Shown here piece after piece: positions 1-10,717 of a DNA stretch of 64,000 nt. Where the stretch lies: contig NC_087447.1 in NCBI RefSeq assembly GCF_036321535.1, forward strand, positions 11,842,001-11,906,000. The letters run 5' to 3'. A program made the position numbers and the translations under genes. The DNA comes from Camelus dromedarius. Taxonomy: Eukaryota. Numbering within the stretch: the stretch's first letter is position 1; each line of letters opens with the position of its first letter. The notes below the pieces were generated by a model, which worked only from the letters and a program-made list of their open reading frames with translations, did not search any database and was not told the DNA's origin.

Positions 1-684
1 TTAAACTACAGATTAAAGTTTCAAAATTACACCACAATTTTATTAACCTATGTTGTATTGCTTCCTATCTCAACTTCCTTTCAGCCTTCCCCACAAAAGT
101 TCCTCACTGATTCCCATCAAGTACCTTATTTAACCAAGGCTTACTGAGCACTTCAGGGAATACCAGACACTAAGATAGGTGCAAAGAGGATAGAGATAAA
201 ACAGTACCTACCCTCAAACAACTCAGTCTAGACGGAAAGACAAAAATAAAAATAAATAGACAATTTTTAATACAATGTTATAAACATTATTTGAACTACC
301 TATTACAAACCTCTCCCTGCAAGCTGGCAATATTATTCCAAGCCACATGCCTGAAAATTCTGTTAAAAAGAAAAACTTTCACTGATAATCAAATGAAGTT
401 TGAGGTATTTCCAGTAAGTTTATGAAATTATGACAGCAATGGTGTGCATATGGAAAGATCCCTACTCTAAAGGTTGAGATAATATCCATTCTAGAATATC
501 TAGCTCCCATAGGCTTTATGGAAAATGGATTTTTTTTTTTTTTTTTTTACATACATTACCCTAACATGGAGAGGGTTAGAAATCTGAGCACTGACCCTCA
601 GCAAGAGGAGACACTCCTGCTCAAGCAAGAGCTCATTGTAGTTCTGGCTCTTGTTTCTGTTCTGTCTGGAGAATGGCAATGTTT

Positions 685-830
685 TAATGGTTAAGTCCAT
701 GAACTTTCTAGTTAGTCAGATCAGGGTTTAATCCTGCCCTTGACCACTTAGAAGCAGTGAAATTTTCAGCAAACCTCAGCTTCTCTGAGGCTCAAATTCC
801 TTAAAAAAACAAAAAATAAACAAAAACAAA
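685..830 (+). mobile_element. MIR-like SINE fragment (approximate bounds)
   Basis: Degenerate MIR pattern: ggttaag...tcagatcagggtttaatcctgccc...ccactt...cctcagcttctctgag. Recognised by eye only. Confidence 0.55.
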
Positions 831-3422
831 AAAGTTTTTGTGGAAAATTAATAGTTTATGCATGTAAATCAATTATACTTCAATTTAAAAACATAGTTTA
901 TGCAAAATGCTTAGCACTCAGTAAAAAAAACCAGGAGGGGGTTGGAGGAGGCAGGGCTGGCAGTCAGTAACAGGGGACCACCAGGTACCAAAATTGAAAG
1001 CAATAAATTATACAGAGCTAACCATTTTGTTATTGTAACTGAATAGTGATCTATGCTTAATTTATTTGCATCCATTCTGTCTCACCCATCCCTAGAGAGC
1101 AACTACCTCATAAACCTAAGGCTGAATTTCAATTACTCAGAGCCTTTTTTTCTTTCTTTCTTTCTTTTAAGATTTCCAATCGTCCCAGTTTTCATCCTAG
1201 CTGAAAGAACATATTCTAGTCCCTTTGATTCTCTATAACTGGAGTCCTATGAAAGGCACTAGAACTCTATAATCACCCAAGAGACCCCCACCTGGAACAC
1301 AGACCATACCTTAGTCATATAACAAAGAAACCCAACAGTATATAGGAGTCCAACAAGGAAAGAAAAATCCGCACAACTCACACTTACTTACTTGACATCT
1401 TTTACTCCCAAACCAAAATGAGGAGCAAAACAAAAACTAAAAATGTACTTATTCACACCCCTTATATTTCCTGGAAGAACTAGTCCAGGTAAGATAAAAG
1501 ACAAATCTTCCATCTTATCAACCAAAAGGCTCTAACAGTACACACCAGTCAAAACAATGCCTCAGTTCGTGAAAATAGTCCTGGATGCTAGTTAATGAGG
1601 ATGCTCACGGCAGCTACACAAANNNNNNNNNNNNNNNNNNNNNNNNNNNNNNNNNNNNNNNNNNNNNNNNNNNNNNNNNNNNNNNNNNNNNNNNNNNNNN
1701 NNNNNNNNNNNNNNNNNNNNNNNNNNNNNNNNNNNNNNNNNNNNNNNNNNNNNNTGGCAGCAACAAGACCAACCCTCCCAAAGATCCACCAACAAACCCC
1801 CACCCACCGACTGAAGTCAAGACAGAGAGGGCATTTGAAAAAAAAAAAAATTGGAAATGAAATAAGAACTACAGCTCAACAGACTGTACACGTTGTCCTT
1901 TTTCTTTCTTTTCAACTGCATTTGCTCTAATTAGGAGATCCAGACATTAAAATCTTACTATAGCCCTTGTATAAATTACATTAAAATGTAGAACAAAGTT
2001 CTATTTCCTCTGAAGCCACAACCTCACAAGAATGAAATCAACATTCAAGAAATACTCTTGTTCTGGAAAGGAAATTTAAGGAAGTGTTCTAGTCTAAAAG
2101 GAATTGAGGGGTTGGGGGTGGGCACAAAAATCAGAGGATTATTATAGTTACATACCAGTTTAAATCTAATGAGCAGCTTACATATTAAAGCGCATCTTTT
2201 TACAATTATAGTAGTATCTATTCTAGTTATAATTTTCAGAATGATTCGCATTTTCAAAGGGAGAAGGAAGAGAACACCCAGTTTTCAGCTACTGATGAGT
2301 TGGCTATATAATTATCTAGAATCAGTATTTTTGCAAGAATGTATTTGCAAAACAAACAAAAAAACAAATCTTAAGATTAAATATAAGATATGAAAGCACA
2401 GTCATGGGCCTTCAGCTCTTACAGATTTCTGATTTCACGGCAAATTAACCAAACAAAAAACTCACCTCCAAAAAACAACTTTCAGTATGGTTTTAAGAAT
2501 TCCTCTGTGCTTTCTCGGATGCACTCAAAACACTAAAGTTTATATGGGTGTTATACTCTTAGCCTAACCTTATTTTAATCTAAGGCCCTTTCAGAGAGAG
2601 CAGAGCTGAAAATATCTTCAAGTGTGTTGCCACTTTACTCAGGTGAACTAAAAAGCATGATTAGAATTTCCTTATCCCTTTAAGCACATAAACCAAATGT
2701 TACCGTATATGCAGACTGAACATACAACACCTCCACAAATCTTTGCCATCAAAGGTAGTTTTAGAAGCAAGGAAATGGCAATTCAGTTAACATGGATCCA
2801 TTTGTTTTCTTTTATAAGGCAAAGCAGGGCAGCTACGTCTAGCAGAATGAGGCTCCCACCCACCGCACCTGGAAAAGTAAAAGAGGGATCCACCCAGGAA
2901 CAGCAGGGCTGAAGCGGATCTAGGCCGTTCAAACTCTCTGGGGGTAAAAATACCACCATATAAGCTGCAAAGCTCCCCTGCAACTTTCCACTTCCCCAGA
3001 TTTAATGATAAAAGCGGGAGGAAAACTTTTGAAACAGATGAAGAACCATCTGTATAACCAGCTTCCGACCCGGACAAATTCCTTTCCCAACCCACACGCA
3101 ACATGCCAAAAAAAAAATCAACTTTTGGTTTGGGCTCTGAAAACAAAAGTTTGTTAGTCTACTCCAGAAAAAATATATATAAAATCAAAGAACACACCAA
3201 AGCATAAACTTACGGAATTGCTCTCACCCCTCTGAAATCTACTCATCTCTCTGTATTAGAGAGACCTAGAAGTTTGTTTCTGGATCTTGAATACTTTACC
3301 TTTTAAAAAATGTAATAAAATGCCAAAATTCCCCCAAATAAGTAGAAACAAAAATTAATAAATGCTTAAAAGTCACCCATCAGCATAACAGACTCTCTCT
3401 TTTTTAAATTCCCTCTGGTTAC

Positions 3423-3765
3423 CGTAAGATAATAATTCGACTTGGCTTATCCTCCTTCACCCGTCTGTACACATATTTTTTTAAAAGGCACACACCTTAA
3501 ATGTGGACNNNNNNNNNNNNNNNNNNNNNNNNNNNNNNNNNNNNNNNNNNNNNNNNNNNNNNNNNNNNNNNNNNNNNNNNNNNNNNNNNNNNNNNNNNNN
3601 NNNNNNNNNNNNNNNNNNNNNNNNNNNNNNNNNNNNNNNNNNNNNNNNNNNNNNNNNNNNNNNNNNNNNNNNNNNNNNNNNNNNNNNNNNNNNNNNNNNN
3701 NNNNNNNNNNNNNNNNNNNNNNNNNNNNNNNNNNNNNNNNNNNNNNNNNNNNNNNNNNNNNNNNN
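3423..3765 (-). other. CTNND1: Non-coding first exon of catenin delta-1 (p120); coding exons lie beyond the left edge of the window
   Basis: Minus strand reads GTCCACATTTAAGGTGTGTGCC...GGAGGATAAGCCAAGTCGAATTATTATCTTACG|gtaacc. This closely matches my recollection of the 3' end of human CTNND1 exon 1, with the GT donor at 3422. The 5' part is hidden by N-run 3509-3765. Synteny with BTBD18 agrees. Confidence 0.8.
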
Positions 3766-4809
3766 TGATGTCAGCCCCTGAGAACTTCCAATAGGAGCCA
3801 GGCATAAATCAGGGAGCTGATTTTATCCAATAGGAAGCTTCATTATAGGAAATTAAAAAAAAGAGAGACAGTGAGAGGAGGAGTAAAAGAGAGAAGGGGA
3901 TGTTTTATATATATATATTTAAAGTGGAGAATATACAATCTCTGAGGAATTACTGCAGAGCTCGGGGGGAAGGGGGACGCTGAAGGAACAGGGGCTTTTT
4001 AGAATGGCACGCCTAAGTGCCTTGGTTCTCTTTGACGATAGGGTTCTTGCACCCTCCTTCCTTTCAGGGTGGGGAAACAGAAAAGAGCTGGTTTTATTTG
4101 CCTGCTGCTATTTGGTTTGTTGCTTTCCACCCCAAAGCATTTTCCCAAAGACAGGAAGGGAAGGAGAGAGAAATGCTAGAAACAGAACTACAACGTGTTG
4201 ATAGAATGGTAGGGTATATCTGAGGTAAACTCTCAATTTCATTATTTTGGTTTAAATGCATTAGAGCTAACTAGAAAAAATTAATGCAGTTTTTGGCATC
4301 TATACTTCCACCTAGAAGGAAGCTGTATCCACTTGGCTGATGAGGAAAATCACTGTCTTCCCATTTGTCCCCAAATCAAAATAATGTGGGTTTGAGGGGG
4401 AGAATAAATGATATCCAATAAACAAGCAATAGTTTTAGAGGAGATAAACAGTACATATAAGGAAAAGAAAGTCTCACCTAGAAAATTCAACTTCTTTGTG
4501 AACTTCAAGGTTAAGACAATGTAGTCCATACATTCTCCTTTCACGCTTGACCTAAATAAAGAATTATAACAGGTATTCTTTTTCTGACTTATCTTCAGTA
4601 TGTGCTTAGACTGTTTGGCCATGAAGGACAGAGACTGGATTTTTTTTTTACACATGCTTGACAGAGACTAGTATTTTATGGTCATTCAATGATTATATGA
4701 AAATGATAATGATGACCTGAAAATTTCCTTTTTATTTTTTACTGAAAAATCTAAAGTCTATCCTGCAGACTGCTGCCAAATCAATCTTCATAAAGTTTTT
4801 ATAATCTAA

Positions 4810-5050
4810 AATAGTGGTTAAGAGCATAGGTTCTGCAGTCAGACTGGCTCAAACCTTCCTCCTCTGTACTTACTCAAGTGAATGTATTATACACTGTGTG
4901 GCCTTGGAAGTTACATAATCTCTCTGACTCGGTTTCTTAACTATAAAATGGAGATAATAACTCTCTCTCTCACAGGACTGTTGTAAGAATTAAAATACAC
5001 ATGAAGTTCTTTAAACAATGCATGACATATAGTAATAAACTCAGTAAGAA
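4810..5050 (+). mobile_element. MIR-like SINE (approximate bounds)
   Basis: aatagtggttaagagcataggttctgcagtcagactgg...ctgtgtggccttgg...tctctgactcggtttcttaactataaaatggagataataa is the typical MIR core. Confidence 0.7.
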
Positions 5051-6360
5051 TGAATATTATTATCAATACCTACCCTGACCAAAAACTTTCAGTGGCTTAC
5101 CATTGCCCAATAACAGCAATCAACGATGAAGCATTTATGATGTGAGGGACTTTCACTCATTATTTCTAACTTCTAAAACATCACCATGGAGATAGTATTA
5201 CCACCATTTTACAGGTGAGAAAATCAAGGCTCCTCAAGGTTAAGAAACTTGCCTGAGCTCATCTGGCTAAGAAGTGAACCCGTCATCAGTCTGACTCCAA
5301 AGCCCATGCCCTTTCCATTACCTTACACTGCAGTCAGGATAAAGGCCAAGTTCCTTCGATTGTGTTCAAGGTACCCTATTTATTCATGAAATACATTAAA
5401 GTAACACTTAGTCACCATAACCTGACCTTTCCTTATCTATCTAAACTGGAATTCCACTCGTCTTCAGCAAGAAAGTACCCTTCTAATCAGGTTATCTGAT
5501 CAACATCCACCCTCTCCTATTTGGTCTGCAGTCTCATCGACCCTCCTCATATTTGGTCTAATGTGGCTGAAAAGGACTTCTCTCAGAAGTCCTGGAAGAC
5601 CAAACAGAGATCACAGCACTTGTCTGATGGGCTTTAAACAAACTAGAATGGGAAATGAGTACATTTAACAGAGAAACAAACAGCCTTCAACGCTCATTAT
5701 CTAAGAATATTTTCCTACTACCTTATCACATCTTCTAACTCTACTTTCCATTTACTCCTAGTCCTACACAGTACATTTAAAAGCCAAAGATGATTTTCAA
5801 AGGAAAACAATCAGCACAAGAAATGTTTGTTGATTCACTGGTCCCTAGATCAGAGCCATACTCCAGAAAATCCTGATTTTGCCTTCGTTTTTCGTGTGTG
5901 TTTCCCTGTCTCCCCACCAAAAGATAAGCTCTATGAAGGCATTAAATGTCTTTCCAGTTCATGGTGTATCCCCAGAGCTCACCCTTGTATCTCATATTTA
6001 GCCACAGATGAATGAATGAATGAAGTCTGTTGACTTACTAGTTATGTAATCCTGGACAAGTTATTTAACATTAATGCATCTGTAGGTAACATTTAGAATA
6101 AAATTATACACAAATCAAAAAGTTAACTCAGTGGTGGAAAAGTTGATAAATTTTAAATTTATCTGAAATAGCTACCTCCAAATAGAGCATCACAAGGATT
6201 AATATTCACTAAGGGAAAAGCTGTTTATACTCAGTGAATAGAAAATAAAAAGACTAGTTACTCTTGGGTTATTTTGAGCACTTACTGTGAGCCATGTACT
6301 TGTCTAGATATCAAGGATAATGAGATAGACAAGTTTCCTGCTCTCAAGAAGTTTACATTC

Positions 6361-6518
6361 CAGGGAAATATACACAAAATGTTATGATAACTCACAGAGA
6401 AAAAAATGTGACAATGAGTGTGTATATGTCCATGAATAACTGAAAAATTGTGCTGAACACTGGAATTTGACACAACATTGTAAAATGATTATAAATCAAT
6501 AAAAAATGTTAAAAAAAA
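6361..6518 (+). mobile_element. 5'-truncated LINE-1 3' end with poly(A) tail, inserted into an older L2 element
   Basis: Ends aataaaaaatgtt(A)n. Flanked by a perfect 15-bp target-site duplication AAGAAGTTTACATTC at 6346-6360 and 6519-6533. Confidence 0.8.
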
Positions 6519-6539
6519 AAGAAGTTTACATTCTAGTTG

Positions 6540-7110
6540 GGGTGGGGCAGGGGCTGGGGGAAGAAGATTAACAAATATGATGTGAGGTGGAGGACTATGC
6601 AGAGGTTAAAACAGACTGATGAGATGACTTGTAGCTTGTTCTAGATTGGATGTCAGAAACAAACTCTGGAGAGGTGACATTTAAACTGAAATCTGAATGG
6701 TAAGAAGCAGCCAACCATGAGAATATACGAGTAATGGTAACTACCAATGTCAAAGCACTGAAGTGTAGGGGCTGAAACATACTGGACCCAGCAGAGCATG
6801 TTGGAAATGAGGAGGAAGGGATAGGCAAGAATCAGAATATGAAGGGTTCTATAGATTATAGAAAGGAGTTTTTAACTTTATTCTTAGGTAGAAGAAAGCC
6901 TGTGGGGATTTTGAACAGCACGATGACATAATCCAACCCACATTTTGAAGAGATCTGGCGGCTTATGTGACAAAGGGATTAAAGTGGGGGCAACACTGAA
7001 AGCAAGGAAATTAGTTTGAAGGTCAAGTTGCAGTGATACAGAGTTGACTATGGTGGTAGCAGTAAAAATGGAGAGAAGTCAATGAATTGAGGATGTGTTC
7101 AGAGATAGAG
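6540..7110. mobile_element. L2 LINE remnant (approximate bounds)
   Basis: Degenerate L2-type phrases such as gaggtgacatttaaactgaaatctgaatgg and ttttgaacagcacgatgacataatcc. It continues the host element on the left of the L1 insertion. Confidence 0.55.
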
Positions 7111-7839
7111 TTATTTTCTATTTGGGTTTTTTTTTTTTCTTTCCTTTTCTTCTCTTTTTGTTGTTTCTGGCTTGTTTGTTTTTAACGCATGGAATATTGC
7201 ATTAAGTGCTCGATTTTACAACTCTTAAAGTTTAACTTCTCCACCCACAACCATCACCACTTACACACAGAAAAACAAAGTATCATAAAATGGTGAAAGA
7301 TTAAGAAAGAGTTGTGAAATAAAATTGTATTTTAAAAAGAAACGTTAAAATGACTATACAGGGCAGCGCACTGTGCTGCAATGACTCTACTTCTAAGAGA
7401 AACTAAAACTATGAGTGCCAAGAATAAATTCTTAAAATCAAAAAAAAAAAAAAAAACCACCAAACTCCTGGCTATCCATACAAAGAAAAACAAAGTATTT
7501 TTATTCCTTTCTACCTTGTGGTGCCTACACATTACCATCCAAAGTCTGTCATTTTTGAAGCCCTGGGTAGGATGGCCCTTTATCATTCCCCTTTAGAAAA
7601 GGGATTTAACTAAACACAAGATTTAACTAAAATGGATTTTTTTAAAAAATGAATCCTCACTACTTCTTGAAAATTAATCTAATCTTGATAACAATATATT
7701 CAAGATGGGATATATTTCTTCACAACTCCACAGAATCACCTAAAGTGTTACTGGATCTGCCTAATCAAGTCTTGATTCCAGTCATGGATGACACGAACAA
7801 GTAATGTTCTGCCTTTTTTTTCCTTGCGTGCTGGCTTTC

Positions 7840-7867
<28 letters not shown>
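7840..7867. repeat. (GT)14 microsatellite
   Basis: Read directly from the sequence. Confidence 0.95.
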
Positions 7868-7870
<3 letters not shown>

Positions 7871-8699
7871 GCTGACAACATCTAAAATCGGTCCTCCTGC
7901 TAAGATTTATGTCCTTTCACGAATTGCTTCCTCTTCAAAATATGAGAACGGCAACCAAAAAATGTCCTCTGTTCCTTGTTCCTCTTCCATCTTAAGAGCA
8001 GAGGCCTCAAACCAGGGAAACTATTACCTGACTTGAAAATCCACCCCACCCCACCCGCATATTTCAATCACATCAAATCCTTTCTGAAAAGGTGTAAGAG
8101 CTCAATAAAGGTAGAATTGCACGCTCTCTACTACTCACCCCTCTGCGTTTTGTCCATTTGCAGGTTTCCCTTCTCTTAGGCATCGTCCTTTCCGCCTCCA
8201 GCTGGCCTCAGCGGGGGCTGCTCCGTGTTAATTCACCACATTCTGTCCCCGGTGGCGGTGGATTCGGCCGGCGCGGTCCAGAGCTGGACATCACGGGACA
8301 TCCACCTGAAGCTGGGACCTGGGTCCCAATGTGCACAAGGAAAATAACTGCTGTCCGCATTTTTTAACGGGGACTTGGCATTCTCTCTAAATGTTTAAAC
8401 TTGAGATCATTTAAGTTTTGATATCATCACTGAAAACAGCTGTTTCCCGTCAGGAATTGTGCTAAAGGAACCAACACCGGAGACCGCTCCAGACGTAAAG
8501 TTCTGGTGACCTCCTTGGTCACCAGGTCTCGGAGATTTGGGGCTGGAGTGGAATCTGAGAAAAACTTGAATTTAGAAACTAGCCCAAGGACCTTGTTCCA
8601 GAACATTCCTGGCGTTAGCAGACATCTAGACTAGAAACATGGCGGACAAGGTGCAATAAAGACATCCAGAGGCCTACTCCTCCACTCAACCTGTTGCGC

Positions 8700-9300
8700 T
8701 CTTGGCAGTGGCCAGCCATCCGCGGCCTCGTCAAAGGGAAGCCAGAGGTGTCCCGCCACCGAGGAGCCTTCGCTACTGGTAGTCCTGAGCCTCTCTGGGG
8801 TGTGTTTTCATCAGGTGCCGAAGGTGAAGACGGCTTCCAGAAGAATTCCTCCCAAGTGGGCCCTTCCCGCCTTCCTCAGGCATCTCGACGGCCTTCCCTC
8901 CGCCCTCAAGTCCCTCGAGACTTAGCCTCCCGCTCAAACGCTCCTCCTCCTGTGATTGGCTCTCCGAGGAGCCTCGGCCAATGGGGATGACGTATTCTGG
9001 CTGACGTAAGCCCGAGGGCTGGAGGGGGGAGGAGGGACGTCGGGCCCCCGCGACGCACCGTGCGCGAGGACGGCGGCGCGAGGTGTGTGGCGCGGGTCGC
9101 GTGGCCTCAGGCCCTCGCTGTCACCACCTCCCAGTGCATGAGGGGGCTGGGGCCCGCGGCGGGACGAGGGCACCAGAGAGTGGCTACAAAGCCCGTGCGG
9201 CCGGAGGTGACGGTGAGGGTGAGCCTTGAAATCGGGCTTTGGGGATCCCCACACTCCATTCCCAGAAACCCTTGCGCCGAGAGGTCTCTCTTCTAAGGAG
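8700..9300. promoter_or_regulatory. BTBD18: CpG-island promoter of BTBD18 with probable non-coding exon 1
   Basis: CpG-rich. CCAAT boxes at about 8955 (reverse) and 8978. Two TGACGTA CRE-like sites at 8988-8994 and 9002-9008. Candidate donors CG|GTGAGG (9213) and GG|GTGAGC (9219). Confidence 0.7.
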
Positions 9301-10717
9301 TTGGGCCCCCGTCTGCCAGAGCGTGCCGGGCGCCCAGCTTTGCAGGACCTTCCTTGAAGTCCTGCTGTCCCTGCCAAACCCCATTACCTTGGTTCTGGAC
9401 GGGGAGAGGAACCCTCAGGATGTCGTGCTGCTTTGTTCAGCCTCCCTGCCCAAGGCTGGACTTTGGGAGGAAGCAAGGCAGGCTGGACAGAGGACCCAAG
9501 CACAGAAAGGCGAGCAGGAGCATCCCCTCCCGCAGAGCTATTCCAGGTTGGGTCTGGGGGCAAGGCACATTGCTGGTGGATTGGGAAGCTTCTCCCCCCT
9601 ACCCCCGCGCCTCAGTTTGGGCCCTTGCAACAGCTGCCGTCCTCCATCCCATCTCTCTGGCTGGGATGGAATTGAGTTTACAGTTTCTGAATTTACCTTT
9701 CCATTCTGTTCTTTCCTGATAATTTGATGTGCACTATTTGGATCCTCGATGCCACCTGACAGAAAACTGCATGCCAGGAAAGGAACACCAGCTGTGCAGG
9801 GAGTGTGGGCATCTCAGTGCAGAAAGCTGGAAACATAGTAAGCCCGAAGTCAGAATACCCACCTTAATTAACCTCGCTTCATTGTTAGCCAGGTAATTAA
9901 CCAGATTGACAGACCTAAAGGTCAAATTCTTTGCCAGTTTTCAGGCAGAATCAGGCTCACTTTGGTCAAGAAATCTGAACCAAGGGTGGCAATATTATTT
10001 CTGTGAGAGACCTTCCTACCAAGTTCAGCAGCTTCTTTTCTTTACTGTGCACCCTCTGCTGGTTAGTGTGATAGAGTGAGCTCAGAGAAAAGGTGTGTAC
10101 GACTTCCTAGAGATCATTTTATACTCAATATTGTTTGGTTAAAATGTGTTAAATTGGGGAGTACACCCTTCAAACTCTGAAATGTGGTGCTCAGGAAGAG
10201 TATGAGTAGTCAGCACTGTAGGAGTTGAGTCTTAGTGATAATGTGAATGAGGAAGGTTTAAGGATAACAGCTCCATTTTTGGAGGGCTAATTTTGTGCCA
10301 GGCACTCACAGTGGTAAGTAATTTTACCTCTGTTGACTCATTAAATCTTTAAAACAGTCCTACAAGGTAAGGACTGTTACAGTTCCCATATCCTAGATGA
10401 GAAAAGTAAGGCCCAGAGATGTTAGGTCATTTGCCTGAAATTATACAGGTAGGCCAATAAACAACACAGCTGAGATGGAAATCTAGTCTATCTCTGAACC
10501 CCCATATGTAACCACTAGGATATTCTTCCATAAGACACCCTTGGCACAATTTCTGGGTTTATGGTTCCTCAGTTCATGCTGTTGGCTCCCACTTTCAAAA
10601 TTTCCCTGCCATTTTAAAGACAAAAATCAAACTAGGTATAACCATATATCTGAAATGTATTATCTCACCCACAGGAATCTGATCCATGAAAACCTAGAAT
10701 TTTGTTAAGAGATCAAC

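Noticed and set aside
1585-3805. X-rich ORFs across the first two N-runs
   Set aside because: Artefacts of translating Ns, which contain no stops.
8503-8525. Perfect 9-bp inverted repeat CTGGTGACC-TCCTT-GGTCACCAG
   Set aside because: About one such repeat is expected by chance in 64 kb over a few spacer lengths, and there is no other support.
8934-9727. 147-aa and 162-aa ORFs in the BTBD18 island
   Set aside because: Stop-poor GC-rich sequence with Pro/Arg/Gly-rich translations and no recognisable domain.
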